Positions 41,500 to 51,942 of a stretch of 64,000 nt of DNA are shown one piece after another. Source of the stretch: Myxococcota bacterium. Its GTDB lineage: Bacteria > Myxococcota_A > UBA9160 > PR03. Below the pieces are notes generated by a model that ran no database searches, had not been told where the DNA came from, and worked only from the letters and a program-made list of their open reading frames with translations. Where the stretch lies: the NCBI GenBank assembly GCA_041611735.1, contig JBFIML010000009.1, positions 28,545 through 92,544 on the forward strand. Reading direction: 5' to 3'. The translations under genes were made by a program, and so were the position numbers. Position 1 is the first letter of the stretch. Each line of letters starts with the position of its first letter.

Positions 41500-43385
41500 G
41501 CGCCCGCCCGCCCCGCCCTGGCGCCGCCTCGTCGGCCCTGGAGGCGATCCACGAGGAGGAGGCCCTCGGCAAGGCCTACGACGCGCGCCTGCTGGCGCGC
41601 CTGTGGCCCTACGTGGCCCCCTACCGCCGCCAGGTGGGGGCGACGTTGCTGGTGGTGGCGCCGCTCTTCCTGCTCGAGCTGGCGCCGGCCTGGCTGGTCA
41701 AGACCGGGATCGAGCGGGTGATGGCGCCGAGCGCCGGAGCGGGCACGGGCGGCTCGCCCCTGGACGTCGTCCTCGACGCCCCGGGCGGCGTGTCGCCCCT
41801 GGCCTGGCTGGCGGGCCTCTACCTGGTGGCGGCCGTGGCCCTGTCCGGACTCGAGTTCTGGCGCATGGTGCTCATGGCCAAGACCGGCCAGGCGGCCATG
41901 CGCGACCTGCGCGCCGACGTGTTCCGGCACATCCAGGCGCTCCACCTCGGCTTCTTCGACCGCTATCCGGTGGGTCGCCTGGTGACCCGGGCCACCAACG
42001 ACGTGGAGAACGTGGCGGAAATGTTCTCGGCGGGGATCGTCGCGTTCCTGGCCGACGTCCTGAAGATGGTGGGTTTCGCCGTCGCTCTGTTCCTGGTGGA
42101 TGCCGAGCTCGCGCTCGTCACCTTCTGCGTGGTGCCGCTCCTGGCCGTGGCCGCCGTCGTGTTCCGGCTCAAGGTGCGCGAGGCCTTCCGCAAGGTGCGT
42201 GTACGCATCGCACGCATCAACGCGTATTTGCAGGAGACCATCACCGGCATGAAGGTGGTGCAGCTCTTCACCCGGGAGGCTCGCAACCTGCGCGACTTCG
42301 AGCACCTGAACGCCGAGCACCGGGACGCCTGGTTCCAGTCGATCCGCTACGACGCCGCGCTCTTCGCGGTGGTGGAGCTGGCCCAGAACCTGACCGTGGC
42401 CATCGTGATCTGGCGGGCCACGGGCATTGCCGAAGCGGGCGTGATCTACGTCTTCATCGACTGGATGCGGCGCTTCTTCCTGCCGCTGCGCGACCTATCG
42501 GCCAAGTATTCGGTGATGCAGTCGTCCATGGCGAGCTGCGAGCGGATCTTCCAGATCCTCGACACGCAGCCCCTCATCCGCGACCCGGAGCCGACGCGGC
42601 TGCACGTGGCGCCGCCCGTGCGCCAGGGCGCGGTGGAGTTCCAGCGCGTGTGGTTCTCCTACTCCGGGGACCTGGAGGAGGCCGTGGTCCGGGACGTCTC
42701 CTTCCGGGTGGAGCCGGGCGAGCGGGTGGCCTTCGTGGGGGCCACGGGCGCCGGCAAGACCACGCTGATCAAGCTGCTGGCGCGCCTCTACGAGGTCACG
42801 CGCGGCCGCATCCTGCTGGACGGCGTGGACCTGCGCGAATACCCGCAGGCGGAGCTGCGCCGGCGCGTGGCCATGGTGCTCCAGGAGGTGTTCCTGTTCG
42901 GCGGCAGCGTGCACGACAACGTGGCCCTCGGGCGCAGCGACATCTCCGAGGCGGAGGTGCGCCGCGCCGCCCGGGCCGTGGAGGCCCAGCGCTTCATCGA
43001 GCGGCTCCCGCAGGGCTACGCCACGGAGGTCCGGGAGCGCGGCACGAACCTCTCGGCGGGCCAGGGCCAGCTGCTCTCCTTCGCCCGGGCCCTGGCCCAC
43101 GGGGCCGACGTGCTGGTCCTGGACGAGGCCACGAGCTCGGTGGATCCGGAGACGGAGGCCCTGGTGCAGCGCGGCATCCACACGCTGCTCGTGGGCAAGA
43201 CGGCGCTCGTCATCGCGCACCGCCTCTCGACGATCCAGGACGTGGACCGCATCCACGTGCTCCACCACGGGCGGCTGGTGGAGTCCGGGCGGCACGAGGA
43301 GCTGCTGGCCCGGGACGGGCTCTACCGGCGCCTGTACCGGCTCCAGTTCGAGGCCCAGCCCGCCGTTCGCGCCGCCGCCGGCTGA
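41496..43385 (+). CDS. Heterodimeric ABC exporter subunit B (MdlB-like)
   Basis: PVGRLVTR, GATGAGKTT, degenerate signature LSAGQGQ, LDEATS. Confidence 0.9.
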   Translation: MSARPPRPGAASSALEAIHEEEALGKAYDARLLARLWPYVAPYRRQVGATLLVVAPLFLLELAPAWLVKTGIERVMAPSAGAGTGGSPLDVVLDAPGGVSPLAWLAGLYLVAAVALSGLEFWRMVLMAKTGQAAMRDLRADVFRHIQALHLGFFDRYPVGRLVTRATNDVENVAEMFSAGIVAFLADVLKMVGFAVALFLVDAELALVTFCVVPLLAVAAVVFRLKVREAFRKVRVRIARINAYLQETITGMKVVQLFTREARNLRDFEHLNAEHRDAWFQSIRYDAALFAVVELAQNLTVAIVIWRATGIAEAGVIYVFIDWMRRFFLPLRDLSAKYSVMQSSMASCERIFQILDTQPLIRDPEPTRLHVAPPVRQGAVEFQRVWFSYSGDLEEAVVRDVSFRVEPGERVAFVGATGAGKTTLIKLLARLYEVTRGRILLDGVDLREYPQAELRRRVAMVLQEVFLFGGSVHDNVALGRSDISEAEVRRAARAVEAQRFIERLPQGYATEVRERGTNLSAGQGQLLSFARALAHGADVLVLDEATSSVDPETEALVQRGIHTLLVGKTALVIAHRLSTIQDVDRIHVLHHGRLVESGRHEELLARDGLYRRLYRLQFEAQPAVRAAAG

Positions 43386-43439
43386 GGCCACGCGCCGCCA
43401 GGATCCGGGCTCGGCCGCCGGCTGGACTATGGTTCCGAC

Positions 43440-44810
43440 GTGCGCATCCCGGCCCTTGCGATCCTGGTCGCCGTGGGATTCCTGCTCGCCTGCGAGAAGG
43501 GCGACGGGCAGCCGGCGTCGGCCGTCACGGGGATCGTCCTGGTCTCGATCGACACGCTGCGGCCGGACCATCTCCCCGCCTACGGCTACCCGCGCGACAC
43601 GGCTCCCTTTCTGAGCGAGATGGCCCAGCGCGGCGTCGTCTTCGAGCAGGCGATCGCGCAGTCCCCCTGGACGGTCCCGTCCCACGGGACGCTCCTCACC
43701 TCGCTGTATCCCTCGATCCTCGGCCTCGGAACCTGGAAGCAGCCCCGCCGCCTGCCGCAGGAGGCCACCACCCTGGCCGAAGTGCTGCGAGCGGCGGGGT
43801 TCCGCACCCGGGCCCTGGCGGGCGGCGGCTTCGTGTCGGAGAAGTTGGGCTTCGACCGGGGCTTCGAGCGATTCGAGGGCTCGGATCGCGCCCTGCCGTC
43901 GGCGGTGGATCTCGCCATCGCCTGGATCGGGGGTCTCGGCTCCGAGGAGCGCTTCTTTCTGTTCCTCCACACCTTCCAGGTCCACAACTATGCGCCCTCG
44001 CCCGAAGCACGACGGCGCTTCGTGCGTCCCTACGCGGGACGGCTCCTGGGCGTGTCGAGCCTCCCGGCCCTGCTCGAGTTTCCTTCGACGTGGCGTCAGG
44101 CGTTCCAGAGGCTCCACGAAGACGATCTGCGCTACGTGGTCGATCTCTACGACGCGGCCATCCACAGCGTGGACCTGGCGCTCCGGGGCCTGTACGCCCG
44201 GCTCTGGGCCCTGGGGAGGGGCGAGGACACGCTCCTCGTGGTGACGTCCGATCACGGCGAGGAGTTCCTGGACCACGGTGCGACGGGTCACGGCTGGACG
44301 CTCTACGAGGAGAACCTGCGCGTCCCGCTCATCTTCCAGCATGCCTCGCTGTCGCCGCGCCGGTTGTCCGCGACGGTCCGGACCCTGGACGTGGCTCCCA
44401 CCCTCGTGGAGCTGGCGGGGCTCGAGCCGCCCGCCACCTGGCAGGGGACCAGCCTGCTGCCGCGCATGCGGGACGGCGCGGAGCAGGCCCTGCCGGCCTT
44501 CTCCGAGCACGCCCACGTTCCGCTTCGCTCCCTGCGCCGACGCTCCCTCAAGTACGTGGAGTCCCTCAACGAGGGTGGCGCGGAGCTCTACGACCTGGAC
44601 CTCGACCCGCACGAGCGCCGAAACCTGGTGGGGAGCGGGCTCCCGGCGGAGGGCGCCCTGCAGGCGGCGCTTCGCCAGTGGGCGGACGCCAACGCGGCCG
44701 CGGCCCTGCGGCCGGGCGCCGAGGCCCTGGACGATGAGATGCGCGCCCAGCTCGAGGCCCTGGGCTACGTGGAGCCGAGGGCCGGGGATACGCCGGCGGG
44801 ACGGGAGTAG
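43440..44810 (+). CDS. Sulfatase/alkaline phosphatase superfamily lipoprotein
   Basis: Lipobox LLAC, SIDTLRPDHL, WTVPSH, TSDHGEEF, RVPLI, LEALGY. Confidence 0.88.
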   Translation: MRIPALAILVAVGFLLACEKGDGQPASAVTGIVLVSIDTLRPDHLPAYGYPRDTAPFLSEMAQRGVVFEQAIAQSPWTVPSHGTLLTSLYPSILGLGTWKQPRRLPQEATTLAEVLRAAGFRTRALAGGGFVSEKLGFDRGFERFEGSDRALPSAVDLAIAWIGGLGSEERFFLFLHTFQVHNYAPSPEARRRFVRPYAGRLLGVSSLPALLEFPSTWRQAFQRLHEDDLRYVVDLYDAAIHSVDLALRGLYARLWALGRGEDTLLVVTSDHGEEFLDHGATGHGWTLYEENLRVPLIFQHASLSPRRLSATVRTLDVAPTLVELAGLEPPATWQGTSLLPRMRDGAEQALPAFSEHAHVPLRSLRRRSLKYVESLNEGGAELYDLDLDPHERRNLVGSGLPAEGALQAALRQWADANAAAALRPGAEALDDEMRAQLEALGYVEPRAGDTPAGRE

Positions 44811-44949
44811 GGCATCGCGCGGTTGCGTCCGGCCCTCGCCGGATGGTACCAATAGGGGCGACCCCTACCCCCCAGAAGCGATCCTCCAGGACGATCGCCG
44901 GCCCCCGTGGGTGCCCCGGCCCCCGCGAGACCGGAACGTGAGGTCGCGC

Positions 44950-47900
44950 TTGCGCATCAAATCCCTCCGGGTCAACGGCTTCAAGTCCTTCGTGGACAGG
45001 ACCGTGTTCGGCTTCGAGCCCGGCATCACCGCCGTGGTGGGCCCCAACGGCTGCGGCAAGTCCAACGTGGTGGACGCCATCCGCTGGGCCATGGGGGAGC
45101 AGGCCCCCCGCCGCCTGCGCGGCAAGTCCATGGAAGACGTGATCTTCGCCGGCTCCGAGGCCCTGGCTCCGGTGGGCCTGGCGGAGGTGACCCTCACTTT
45201 CGACAACGCCGATCGGCTCGCTCCGCCGGGCTACGGCGAATTCTCGGAGATCCAGGTCACCCGGCGCCTGTACCGCTCCGGGGAGTCCGAGTACCTGATC
45301 AACAAGACGGCGGTGCGGCTGCGCGACGTGCTCGACTTCTTCCGGGACACGGGCGTCGGGACGCGCGGCTACACGATCGTCGAGCAGGGGCAGATCGCGG
45401 CCATCGTCTCGGCCAAGCCCGACGAGCGACGGGTGCTGATCGAGGAGGCGGCCGGCATCAGCAAGTACAAGGCCCGCCGGCGCGAGGCGGAGCGCAAGCT
45501 CGCGGCCACCGAGCAGAACCTGCTGCGCGCCAGCGACGTGCTCGGCGAGATCCGCCGCCAGCTCGGCTCCATCGAGCGGCAGGCCCGCAAGGCCGCCCGC
45601 TACAAGCGGTTGCGCGAGCGGCTGCGCATCCTGGAGCTCTCCCTGGCGGCCGACGCGCGGCGCGCGCTGCTGGCGGAGATCGAGGCGGATCGCCAGCGGC
45701 TGGTGGAGCGCCGCCAGGGGGTCACCGTCGCCGAGGCGCGGGTGGCGGAGCGCGAAGCCGCCCTGGAGCAGGCGCGCCTGGAGCTGGTGGAGCGGGAGAA
45801 GGCCGTCGTCTCGGGCAGCGAGGCCCTCTTCGCCCTGCGCAGCGAGATCAAGGAGCTCGAGAGCCGCAGCGCCTACGAGACGCGCGCCCGCGCGAGCCTC
45901 GCCGAGACCCGCACCCTGCGGGGCGAGGAGCTCGAACGCCTGCGCGGCCGGCTGGCGGCGGCCGAGGCGGAGGCACGCGCCGCCGCGGCGGAGCTCGAGA
46001 GCATGGCGGCGGACTTCGCCCGGGAGGACGAGGCCCTGAAGGCCGCCGAGCGCGAGGCGAGCGCCGCCCGGGAGGCCCAGCGGACGCTCGAGTCCCAGCG
46101 GGAGCAGCTCAACACGGCGCTGCTCTCGGCGCTCACCGAGGTCGCCCGGGGCGAAGACCGGCTGGCGGCCCTGGACCAGCGTCGGGACGGGCTCCAGCGT
46201 CGCCTGCGCAGCGCCGACGAGGCCCTCGAGGTGCAGCAGGGCGAGGCGACCCGCTTCGACGACGAGCAGCGCAACCTCGTGCACGGCCTCCACAACCTCC
46301 TGGCGGAGCGCGACCGTCTGATGGGCGCCCTGCGTACGGCACTGGAGCGTCACGAGAGGGCCCTGGCCCAGTCCCGGGAGCACCTGGCCGAGGAGCTGAG
46401 CCGCGCCCGGGAGGCCCGCGAGAAGCGCCATGCCCGCCTGGACTCCCTGCGCGAGCTGCTGGAGCGGGGCGAGGACCTGGTGGCGGGCACCCGCCACCTG
46501 CTCGCCCAGGGCGAGGCGGTCCGCTCGGCCCACGGGCTGCGGGCCCTGGTGCGCGACGTCCTCGAGGTGGAGCCCGAGGCGGAGCGGGCCGTGGAGGCGG
46601 TGCTCGCCGAGCGGGCCGAGGCGTGGGTGGCGGAGCGGCCGGAAGGGGCGCTGGCAGCCCTCGACCTGCTGCGGGCGGCAGACGCGGGTCGGGCGGTCTT
46701 CGTCTGCGATCCCCAGGGTGGCGCCCCGCTCGGGCTCGTTCCGCTCGGGGAGCCGCTGCTCGACCGCGTGCGTCCGCGACCCGGCTTCGAGGCGGTGGCC
46801 CGCACGCTCCTCGGCGGCGTGTATCTGGTGCAAGACCTGCGCGAGGCGCTGCGCCACTTCGGGGCCGGCCGGCTGCCGGCGCACTTCGTCACCCGCGCCG
46901 GCGACATGCTCTCCCCGGACGGGGTGGTGCGCGGTGGTCGCACCGGGACCGTCGGCGCGCTGGGACGCGTGCGGGAGCTCCGCGATCTGGAGCGCGAGAC
47001 CGCGGAGCTCGACCGCCGCGTGGCGGAGCTCGAGCGGCAGGCCGCGGAGGGGGAGCGCGTCGTCCACCAGGCGGCGGACGAAGTGGACAACCTGCGCAAC
47101 CGCCATCACACCGCGGCCTTGGCGGTGGCCAACCACGAGAAGGATCTCGAGCGCACGCGCGAACGCGTGAAGGCCCTGGGCGAAGCCCAGGAGGGGCGGG
47201 CGGCGGAGCGCTCCGAGCTCGTGTCCGAGGCGGAGGCGCTGATCGAGGAGCGCACCCGGGTGGAGGCCCGCCTGGTCGAGGGGCGCCACGGACGGCTCGA
47301 GCTCAGCGGCCGCCTGGAGACCCTGGCGGGGCGGATCGGGGCGGCCACCCGCGAGGCGCAGCGCTACGAGCTGGCCCTGGCGGAGCGGCGCGTCAGCCAC
47401 GTGGCGCGGGCGGAGAAGCGCGATCGGCTCGCCGAGAGCCGCCGCCGCAGCGAGCTGGCGGCCGAGGAGGCGCGCGAGTGGATCGCCCGCCGCGAGCGCG
47501 AGATCCAGGAGATCGACGCCCAACGGGAGGCGCTCGCGGCCTCGGTGCAGCAGGCGGAGACGTCCCTGGCGGAGAAGCTGCGGCGCGAGGAGGCGGCCCG
47601 CGTCGCCGCCGACTCGGCACGCAACGACTACGAGGTCGAGGCCGAGGCCATCCGCGCGCGGGAGGCGGAGGTGCGCGGCCAGCGCAGCGAGGTGCTGGCG
47701 GCCCGCGAGGAGCTGCAGGCGGGCGAGCTGTCCTTGCGCGAGGCCGAGCTCCGTCTCGAGAACCTGGATGGCCAGATCCGCGAGCGCTGGTCCGTGGAGC
47801 TCGGGGCCTGGTCTCCGCCCACGCCGGAGCAGGCTGCGGCGGCCGCCGCGGCCGCCGCCGGCGCGGACGGGGAGGACGAGGAGGCCGAGAGCGTCGGTCC

Positions 47901-48579
47901 CGGCGAGGCGGAGCTGGCCGGCCTGCCCGCCGAGGAGCGCCACAGCCTGCTCGGGGAGACGCGGCGGCGCCTGGACGCCCTCGGCGAGGTCAACCTGGCC
48001 GCCATCGAGGAGCACGAGGAGCTGGGCGAGCGCTTCCGCTTCCTCTCGGAGCAGAAGTCGGACCTCGAGCGCACCATCGCTTCGCTTCGCGAGGCCATCG
48101 CCCGCATCAACCGCACCAGTCGCAAGCGCTTCCGGGAGACCTTCGAGGCGGTCAACGAGCGCTTCAAGGCGAACTTCCCGCGCCTGTTCCGGGGCGGGAA
48201 GGCGAGCCTTGCCCTGACCGAGGCGGAGGACGTGCTGGAGGCCGGCATCGACATCCTGGCCCAGCCCCCCGGCAAGCGGCTCCAGAACGTGAACCTGCTC
48301 TCGGGCGGCGAGAAGACGCTGACCGCCCTGGCGCTGCTCGTCTCGCTGTTCCAGGTGCATCCGTCGCCGTTCTTCCTGCTGGACGAGGTGGACGCGGCCC
48401 TGGACGACGTCAACGTGGGGCGCTTCAACGAGATCGTTCAGGAGATGGCCAAGGAGTCGCAGTTCCTGCTCATCACCCACAACAAGCAGACCATCGAGAT
48501 CGCCGACCGGCTCTACGGCGTCACCATGGAGCAGAAGGGCGTCTCGAAGCTGGTCTCGGTGGAGCTGAAGCAGCCCTAG
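44950..48579 (+). CDS. smc: Chromosome segregation protein SMC
   Basis: GFKSF, GPNGCGKSN, coiled coils, hinge, LSGGEK, LLDEVDAALD, ITH; SD GAGGT before TTG. Confidence 0.97.
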   Translation: MRIKSLRVNGFKSFVDRTVFGFEPGITAVVGPNGCGKSNVVDAIRWAMGEQAPRRLRGKSMEDVIFAGSEALAPVGLAEVTLTFDNADRLAPPGYGEFSEIQVTRRLYRSGESEYLINKTAVRLRDVLDFFRDTGVGTRGYTIVEQGQIAAIVSAKPDERRVLIEEAAGISKYKARRREAERKLAATEQNLLRASDVLGEIRRQLGSIERQARKAARYKRLRERLRILELSLAADARRALLAEIEADRQRLVERRQGVTVAEARVAEREAALEQARLELVEREKAVVSGSEALFALRSEIKELESRSAYETRARASLAETRTLRGEELERLRGRLAAAEAEARAAAAELESMAADFAREDEALKAAEREASAAREAQRTLESQREQLNTALLSALTEVARGEDRLAALDQRRDGLQRRLRSADEALEVQQGEATRFDDEQRNLVHGLHNLLAERDRLMGALRTALERHERALAQSREHLAEELSRAREAREKRHARLDSLRELLERGEDLVAGTRHLLAQGEAVRSAHGLRALVRDVLEVEPEAERAVEAVLAERAEAWVAERPEGALAALDLLRAADAGRAVFVCDPQGGAPLGLVPLGEPLLDRVRPRPGFEAVARTLLGGVYLVQDLREALRHFGAGRLPAHFVTRAGDMLSPDGVVRGGRTGTVGALGRVRELRDLERETAELDRRVAELERQAAEGERVVHQAADEVDNLRNRHHTAALAVANHEKDLERTRERVKALGEAQEGRAAERSELVSEAEALIEERTRVEARLVEGRHGRLELSGRLETLAGRIGAATREAQRYELALAERRVSHVARAEKRDRLAESRRRSELAAEEAREWIARREREIQEIDAQREALAASVQQAETSLAEKLRREEAARVAADSARNDYEVEAEAIRAREAEVRGQRSEVLAAREELQAGELSLREAELRLENLDGQIRERWSVELGAWSPPTPEQAAAAAAAAAGADGEDEEAESVGPGEAELAGLPAEERHSLLGETRRRLDALGEVNLAAIEEHEELGERFRFLSEQKSDLERTIASLREAIARINRTSRKRFRETFEAVNERFKANFPRLFRGGKASLALTEAEDVLEAGIDILAQPPGKRLQNVNLLSGGEKTLTALALLVSLFQVHPSPFFLLDEVDAALDDVNVGRFNEIVQEMAKESQFLLITHNKQTIEIADRLYGVTMEQKGVSKLVSVELKQP

Positions 48580-48599
48580 CTGGGCTACTCCTGCCTTCC

Positions 48600-50561
48600 A
48601 TGCTGCTCATGCGTCGCTCGCTCCGGGTAGCCGGCCTGGTCGCTCTGCTGGGCATGGGCCCGGGTCCTGCCATCGGGTCCGACGCGCAAGGTGCGCCCCG
48701 CATCTCGAAGCCGCCGGCCGCGGTCCCGCGCGCTCCGAACGCGCAACCCGAAGCCCTCGAACGCCTGCGCCGGGAGGCGACGGCCGTGCCCTCCAGGCAG
48801 GACGGGGGCGGGCGGGGCTGGATCGAGCGCCGCGACTCCACGGAACGGGCCACGGCCGGGCAAGCGGGCCGCTGGGTGATCCTCTACGAGGCGGGCGAGC
48901 TCGGCATCCAGGAGGGCGGGGCGCTCTTCCTGCTGGTGCCTCCCTTCCTGGGCTGGAGCCCGCCCCAGCTGAAGGACGCCACGGCGCCCGGGCACGTGAT
49001 CGTCTCGACCACCGCCCGGGGCGTGGCGCTGCGGCCCCGCATCCCCCGCGAGATGCTGCTGCAGATCAAGGTGCAGGGTCGTGCCCTCGCAGCCGGCGAA
49101 CGGGTGCGGATCGTCTACGGGGCGGGGCCGGCCGGGGCCCTGGCGGACCAGTCGGCGGAGCGCGACTCCCGCTTCTGGATGTACGTGGATGGAGACGGAG
49201 ACGGCGTCTACCGCTTCCTGCCCGACTCGCCGGCGATCGACGTGGGGCCCGGCCCCCCGAGCCGGCTGCAGCTGGTCTGGCCCGGGGTGGCGCGGCCAGG
49301 CGACACGGTGCCCCTGCGCCTCGCCGTGCTGGACGCACGCGCCAACCCCGGAGCCGCCCTCTCGGGCGTTTTCGAGCTCTCCCTGCGTCCGCGGCTGGAG
49401 GGGCCGGAGCGCGTCACGCTGACCACCGCCGACGCGGGGCAGAAGCAGGTCTCCCTTGCCGTGCGGGAGGAGGGGGTCCACCGCGTCTCCGCACGCGGGC
49501 CCCGGGGCCTCGCGGCCGAGAGCAATCCCCTGGTGGTCTCCGCGTCCCTGCCGAGGATCCTGTGGGCCGATCTCCACGGACATTCCAACCTCTCCGACGG
49601 GACGGGCACTCCCGAGGACTTCTTCCGCTACGCGCGCGAGGTGGCGGGCCTGGACGTGGTGGCCCTCACGGACCACGACCACTGGGGCGCTCCCCGTTTC
49701 CTCGACGAGAATCTCGAGGTCTGGCAGGCGGTGGGATCCGCAGCCAGGCGGTTCGACCTTCCGGGGCGCTTCGTGGCCCTGCGCGGCTACGAGTGGACGA
49801 GCTGGCTGTACGGCCATCGCCACGTGCTGTTCTTCGCGGACGACGGCGAGGTGAAGAGCTCCATCGACCCGGCGTACGAGACGCCGCCGCAGCTGTGGTC
49901 GGCCCTGCGCGGAGGATCCGTTGTCACGATCGGGCATCATCCGGCCGGCCGTCCCATCGCCATCGACTGGGATCTGGCCCCGGACGCCGAGCTCGAGCCG
50001 CTGGTGGAGATCGTATCCAATGGCGGAAGCAGCGAGGCCTGGGACACCCCGTTCCGGATCCGGGAGCCCGCGCCCCGCGGCTTCGTCCGCAGGGCGTTGC
50101 GCAAGGGTCACCGGCTGGGGTTCGTGGGGAGCAGCGACAGCCACGACGGACACCCCGGCTGTCCGGAGGGTCCCCCCGCCCGGTCCTGTGGACTGGCAGG
50201 GATCCTGGCCGAGCAGCGGACGCGCTCCTCGGTGCTGGAGGCGCTGCGGGCGAGGCGGGTGTACGCGACGAACGGGCCGCGCATCCTGCTGTGGGCCACG
50301 CTCGACGAGGCCCCCATGGGCTCGACGCTGACTCCTGCGGCCCGGCGTGTGCTCCGCGTCCGGGTCGTGGCCGCCGCTCCCCTGGAGCGCCTGGACCTGG
50401 TCCGCGATGGAGCCGTGGTCGAACGGGTGCCGGGCCACTCCCGGCCAGAGCTGCTCCTGGAGCGCGTGGTCGACGACCTGCGGTCCGGCGAGACGCTCTA
50501 CGTCCGGGTGCTGCAGGAGGACCAGGGCGCCGCCTGGTCGAGCCCCTTCTTCGTGGAGTGA
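48600..50561 (+). CDS. Secreted PHP-fold metallohydrolase (CehA/McbA or DUF3604-like)
   Basis: Signal-like N-terminus; DLHGHS..SDG, TDHDH, GYEWT, SSDSHDGHPG, RRVYATNG, AWSSP. Confidence 0.78.
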   Translation: MLLMRRSLRVAGLVALLGMGPGPAIGSDAQGAPRISKPPAAVPRAPNAQPEALERLRREATAVPSRQDGGGRGWIERRDSTERATAGQAGRWVILYEAGELGIQEGGALFLLVPPFLGWSPPQLKDATAPGHVIVSTTARGVALRPRIPREMLLQIKVQGRALAAGERVRIVYGAGPAGALADQSAERDSRFWMYVDGDGDGVYRFLPDSPAIDVGPGPPSRLQLVWPGVARPGDTVPLRLAVLDARANPGAALSGVFELSLRPRLEGPERVTLTTADAGQKQVSLAVREEGVHRVSARGPRGLAAESNPLVVSASLPRILWADLHGHSNLSDGTGTPEDFFRYAREVAGLDVVALTDHDHWGAPRFLDENLEVWQAVGSAARRFDLPGRFVALRGYEWTSWLYGHRHVLFFADDGEVKSSIDPAYETPPQLWSALRGGSVVTIGHHPAGRPIAIDWDLAPDAELEPLVEIVSNGGSSEAWDTPFRIREPAPRGFVRRALRKGHRLGFVGSSDSHDGHPGCPEGPPARSCGLAGILAEQRTRSSVLEALRARRVYATNGPRILLWATLDEAPMGSTLTPAARRVLRVRVVAAAPLERLDLVRDGAVVERVPGHSRPELLLERVVDDLRSGETLYVRVLQEDQGAAWSSPFFVE

Positions 50562-50814
50562 GTCGGGGCCCAGTCGCACCGCGAGCGAGGCGGGCGGCGC
50601 CCTCGCTCTCCACGTCGTCCTCACCGGGTTCGCCGTGCACTCCGAGACGATCGGTGGTCGAGGGATCGAGGCGCACGGGCAGCGTGTGCCCGTCGTCGTC
50701 GGCGGCGTCCGGGGTGATGTCCACGCCCGGCAGCGGAACGCCGCTCCACCCGCGAGCCGGGAGCCTGCGCGGCGGTAGGCGCGCGTCGTGCGTGCTGGTA
50801 TGCTCGCCGCTCCC

Positions 50815-51942
50815 ATGACCTCCCTCGTCGAATGGCTCGCGCCCTTCGCCGCGTGGGCTGCCGCGCACCCGCTGGCCCTGCTGCTCGCGTCGCTGGCCTT
50901 CCCGCTGGCACTCCTCGTGCTGGCCGAGCTCGTGCCGCGGCGCCGGCCCGCAAGCTCCGTGGCAGCGCCGCCCCGCGTGGAGCTGCCGTCGCCCCCGGTG
51001 GAGGCCGTCCCGGCGCCCCCTCCGCCGCGACGCCTGGCCGAGCGGCTCGCGCGCACCCACGAAGCGCTGGTCGGACGGCTGGAGCGCCTGCTCGGCGGAC
51101 GCCGACTCGAGGCGGAGCTGATCGAGGAGCTCGAGGCGCTGCTCTTCTCCGCGGACCTCGGCGTGAAGACCGCCGAGAGCCTGCTGGCCACGGTGCGCGA
51201 GCGAGCGCAGGGCGGTGATGCGGCGGCGGTGCGTCGCGTCCTGCGCGAGGCCATCCTCGACAAGCTGCGCCCCATCGAACGGCCTGCACCCGCATCCGGC
51301 GGGCCGCCCCGCGTGATCCTCGTCCTCGGCGTGAACGGATCCGGCAAGACCACGACGATCGGCAAGCTAGCGGCCCGTTACCGGAGCCAGGGGCAGCGCG
51401 TGGTGCTGGGCGCGGGCGATACCTTCCGGGCCGCCGCCACGGAGCAGCTCGAGGTCTGGGGCGAGCGCGTCGGGTGCGAGGTGGTGAAGGGACAGCCGGG
51501 GGCCGACCCGGCGGCGGTTGCCTTCGACACGGTGAAGGCGGCCGGGGCGCGCGGTGCCGACGTGGCCATCGTGGACACGGCGGGCCGCCTCCAGACCCGC
51601 GCGCCCCTCATGGAGGAGCTCGGCAAGATCGTGCGGGTGATCGGACGCGACCTTCCGGGGGCACCCCACGAGACGTTGCTGGTGCTGGATGCCAACACGG
51701 GACAGAACGCCATCTCCCAGGCGCGTCTCTTCACCGAGGTGGCCGGGGTGACGGGCCTGGTGCTGACCAAGCTCGACGGCACCGCCAAGGGTGGGGTGAT
51801 CGTGGGCCTCGCCGACGAGTTCGGGATTCCGGTCCGCTATGTGGGGGTGGGCGAGGGGGTGGAGGACCTGCGGGAGTTCTCTGCCCAGGAGTTCGTGGAT
51901 GCCCTCTTCGAGGAGGGCTCCGCCCCGGAGGATCGGCCGTGA
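50815..51942 (+). CDS. ftsY: SRP receptor FtsY with N-terminal TM anchor
   Basis: [31 protein letters not shown]. Confidence 0.96.
   Translation: MTSLVEWLAPFAAWAAAHPLALLLASLAFPLALLVLAELVPRRRPASSVAAPPRVELPSPPVEAVPAPPPPRRLAERLARTHEALVGRLERLLGGRRLEAELIEELEALLFSADLGVKTAESLLATVRERAQGGDAAAVRRVLREAILDKLRPIERPAPASGGPPRVILVLGVNGSGKTTTIGKLAARYRSQGQRVVLGAGDTFRAAATEQLEVWGERVGCEVVKGQPGADPAAVAFDTVKAAGARGADVAIVDTAGRLQTRAPLMEELGKIVRVIGRDLPGAPHETLLVLDANTGQNAISQARLFTEVAGVTGLVLTKLDGTAKGGVIVGLADEFGIPVRYVGVGEGVEDLREFSAQEFVDALFEEGSAPEDRP

Noticed and set aside
44566..48480. 1304-aa minus-strand ORF and many similar long antisense ORFs
   Set aside because: In-register antisense of known genes, no motifs
44907..48599. 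5' part of the 1884-aa ORF overlapping smc
   Set aside because: Arg/Gly/Ala/Pro-rich off-frame product; stops are rare at this GC; real gene starts about 48600
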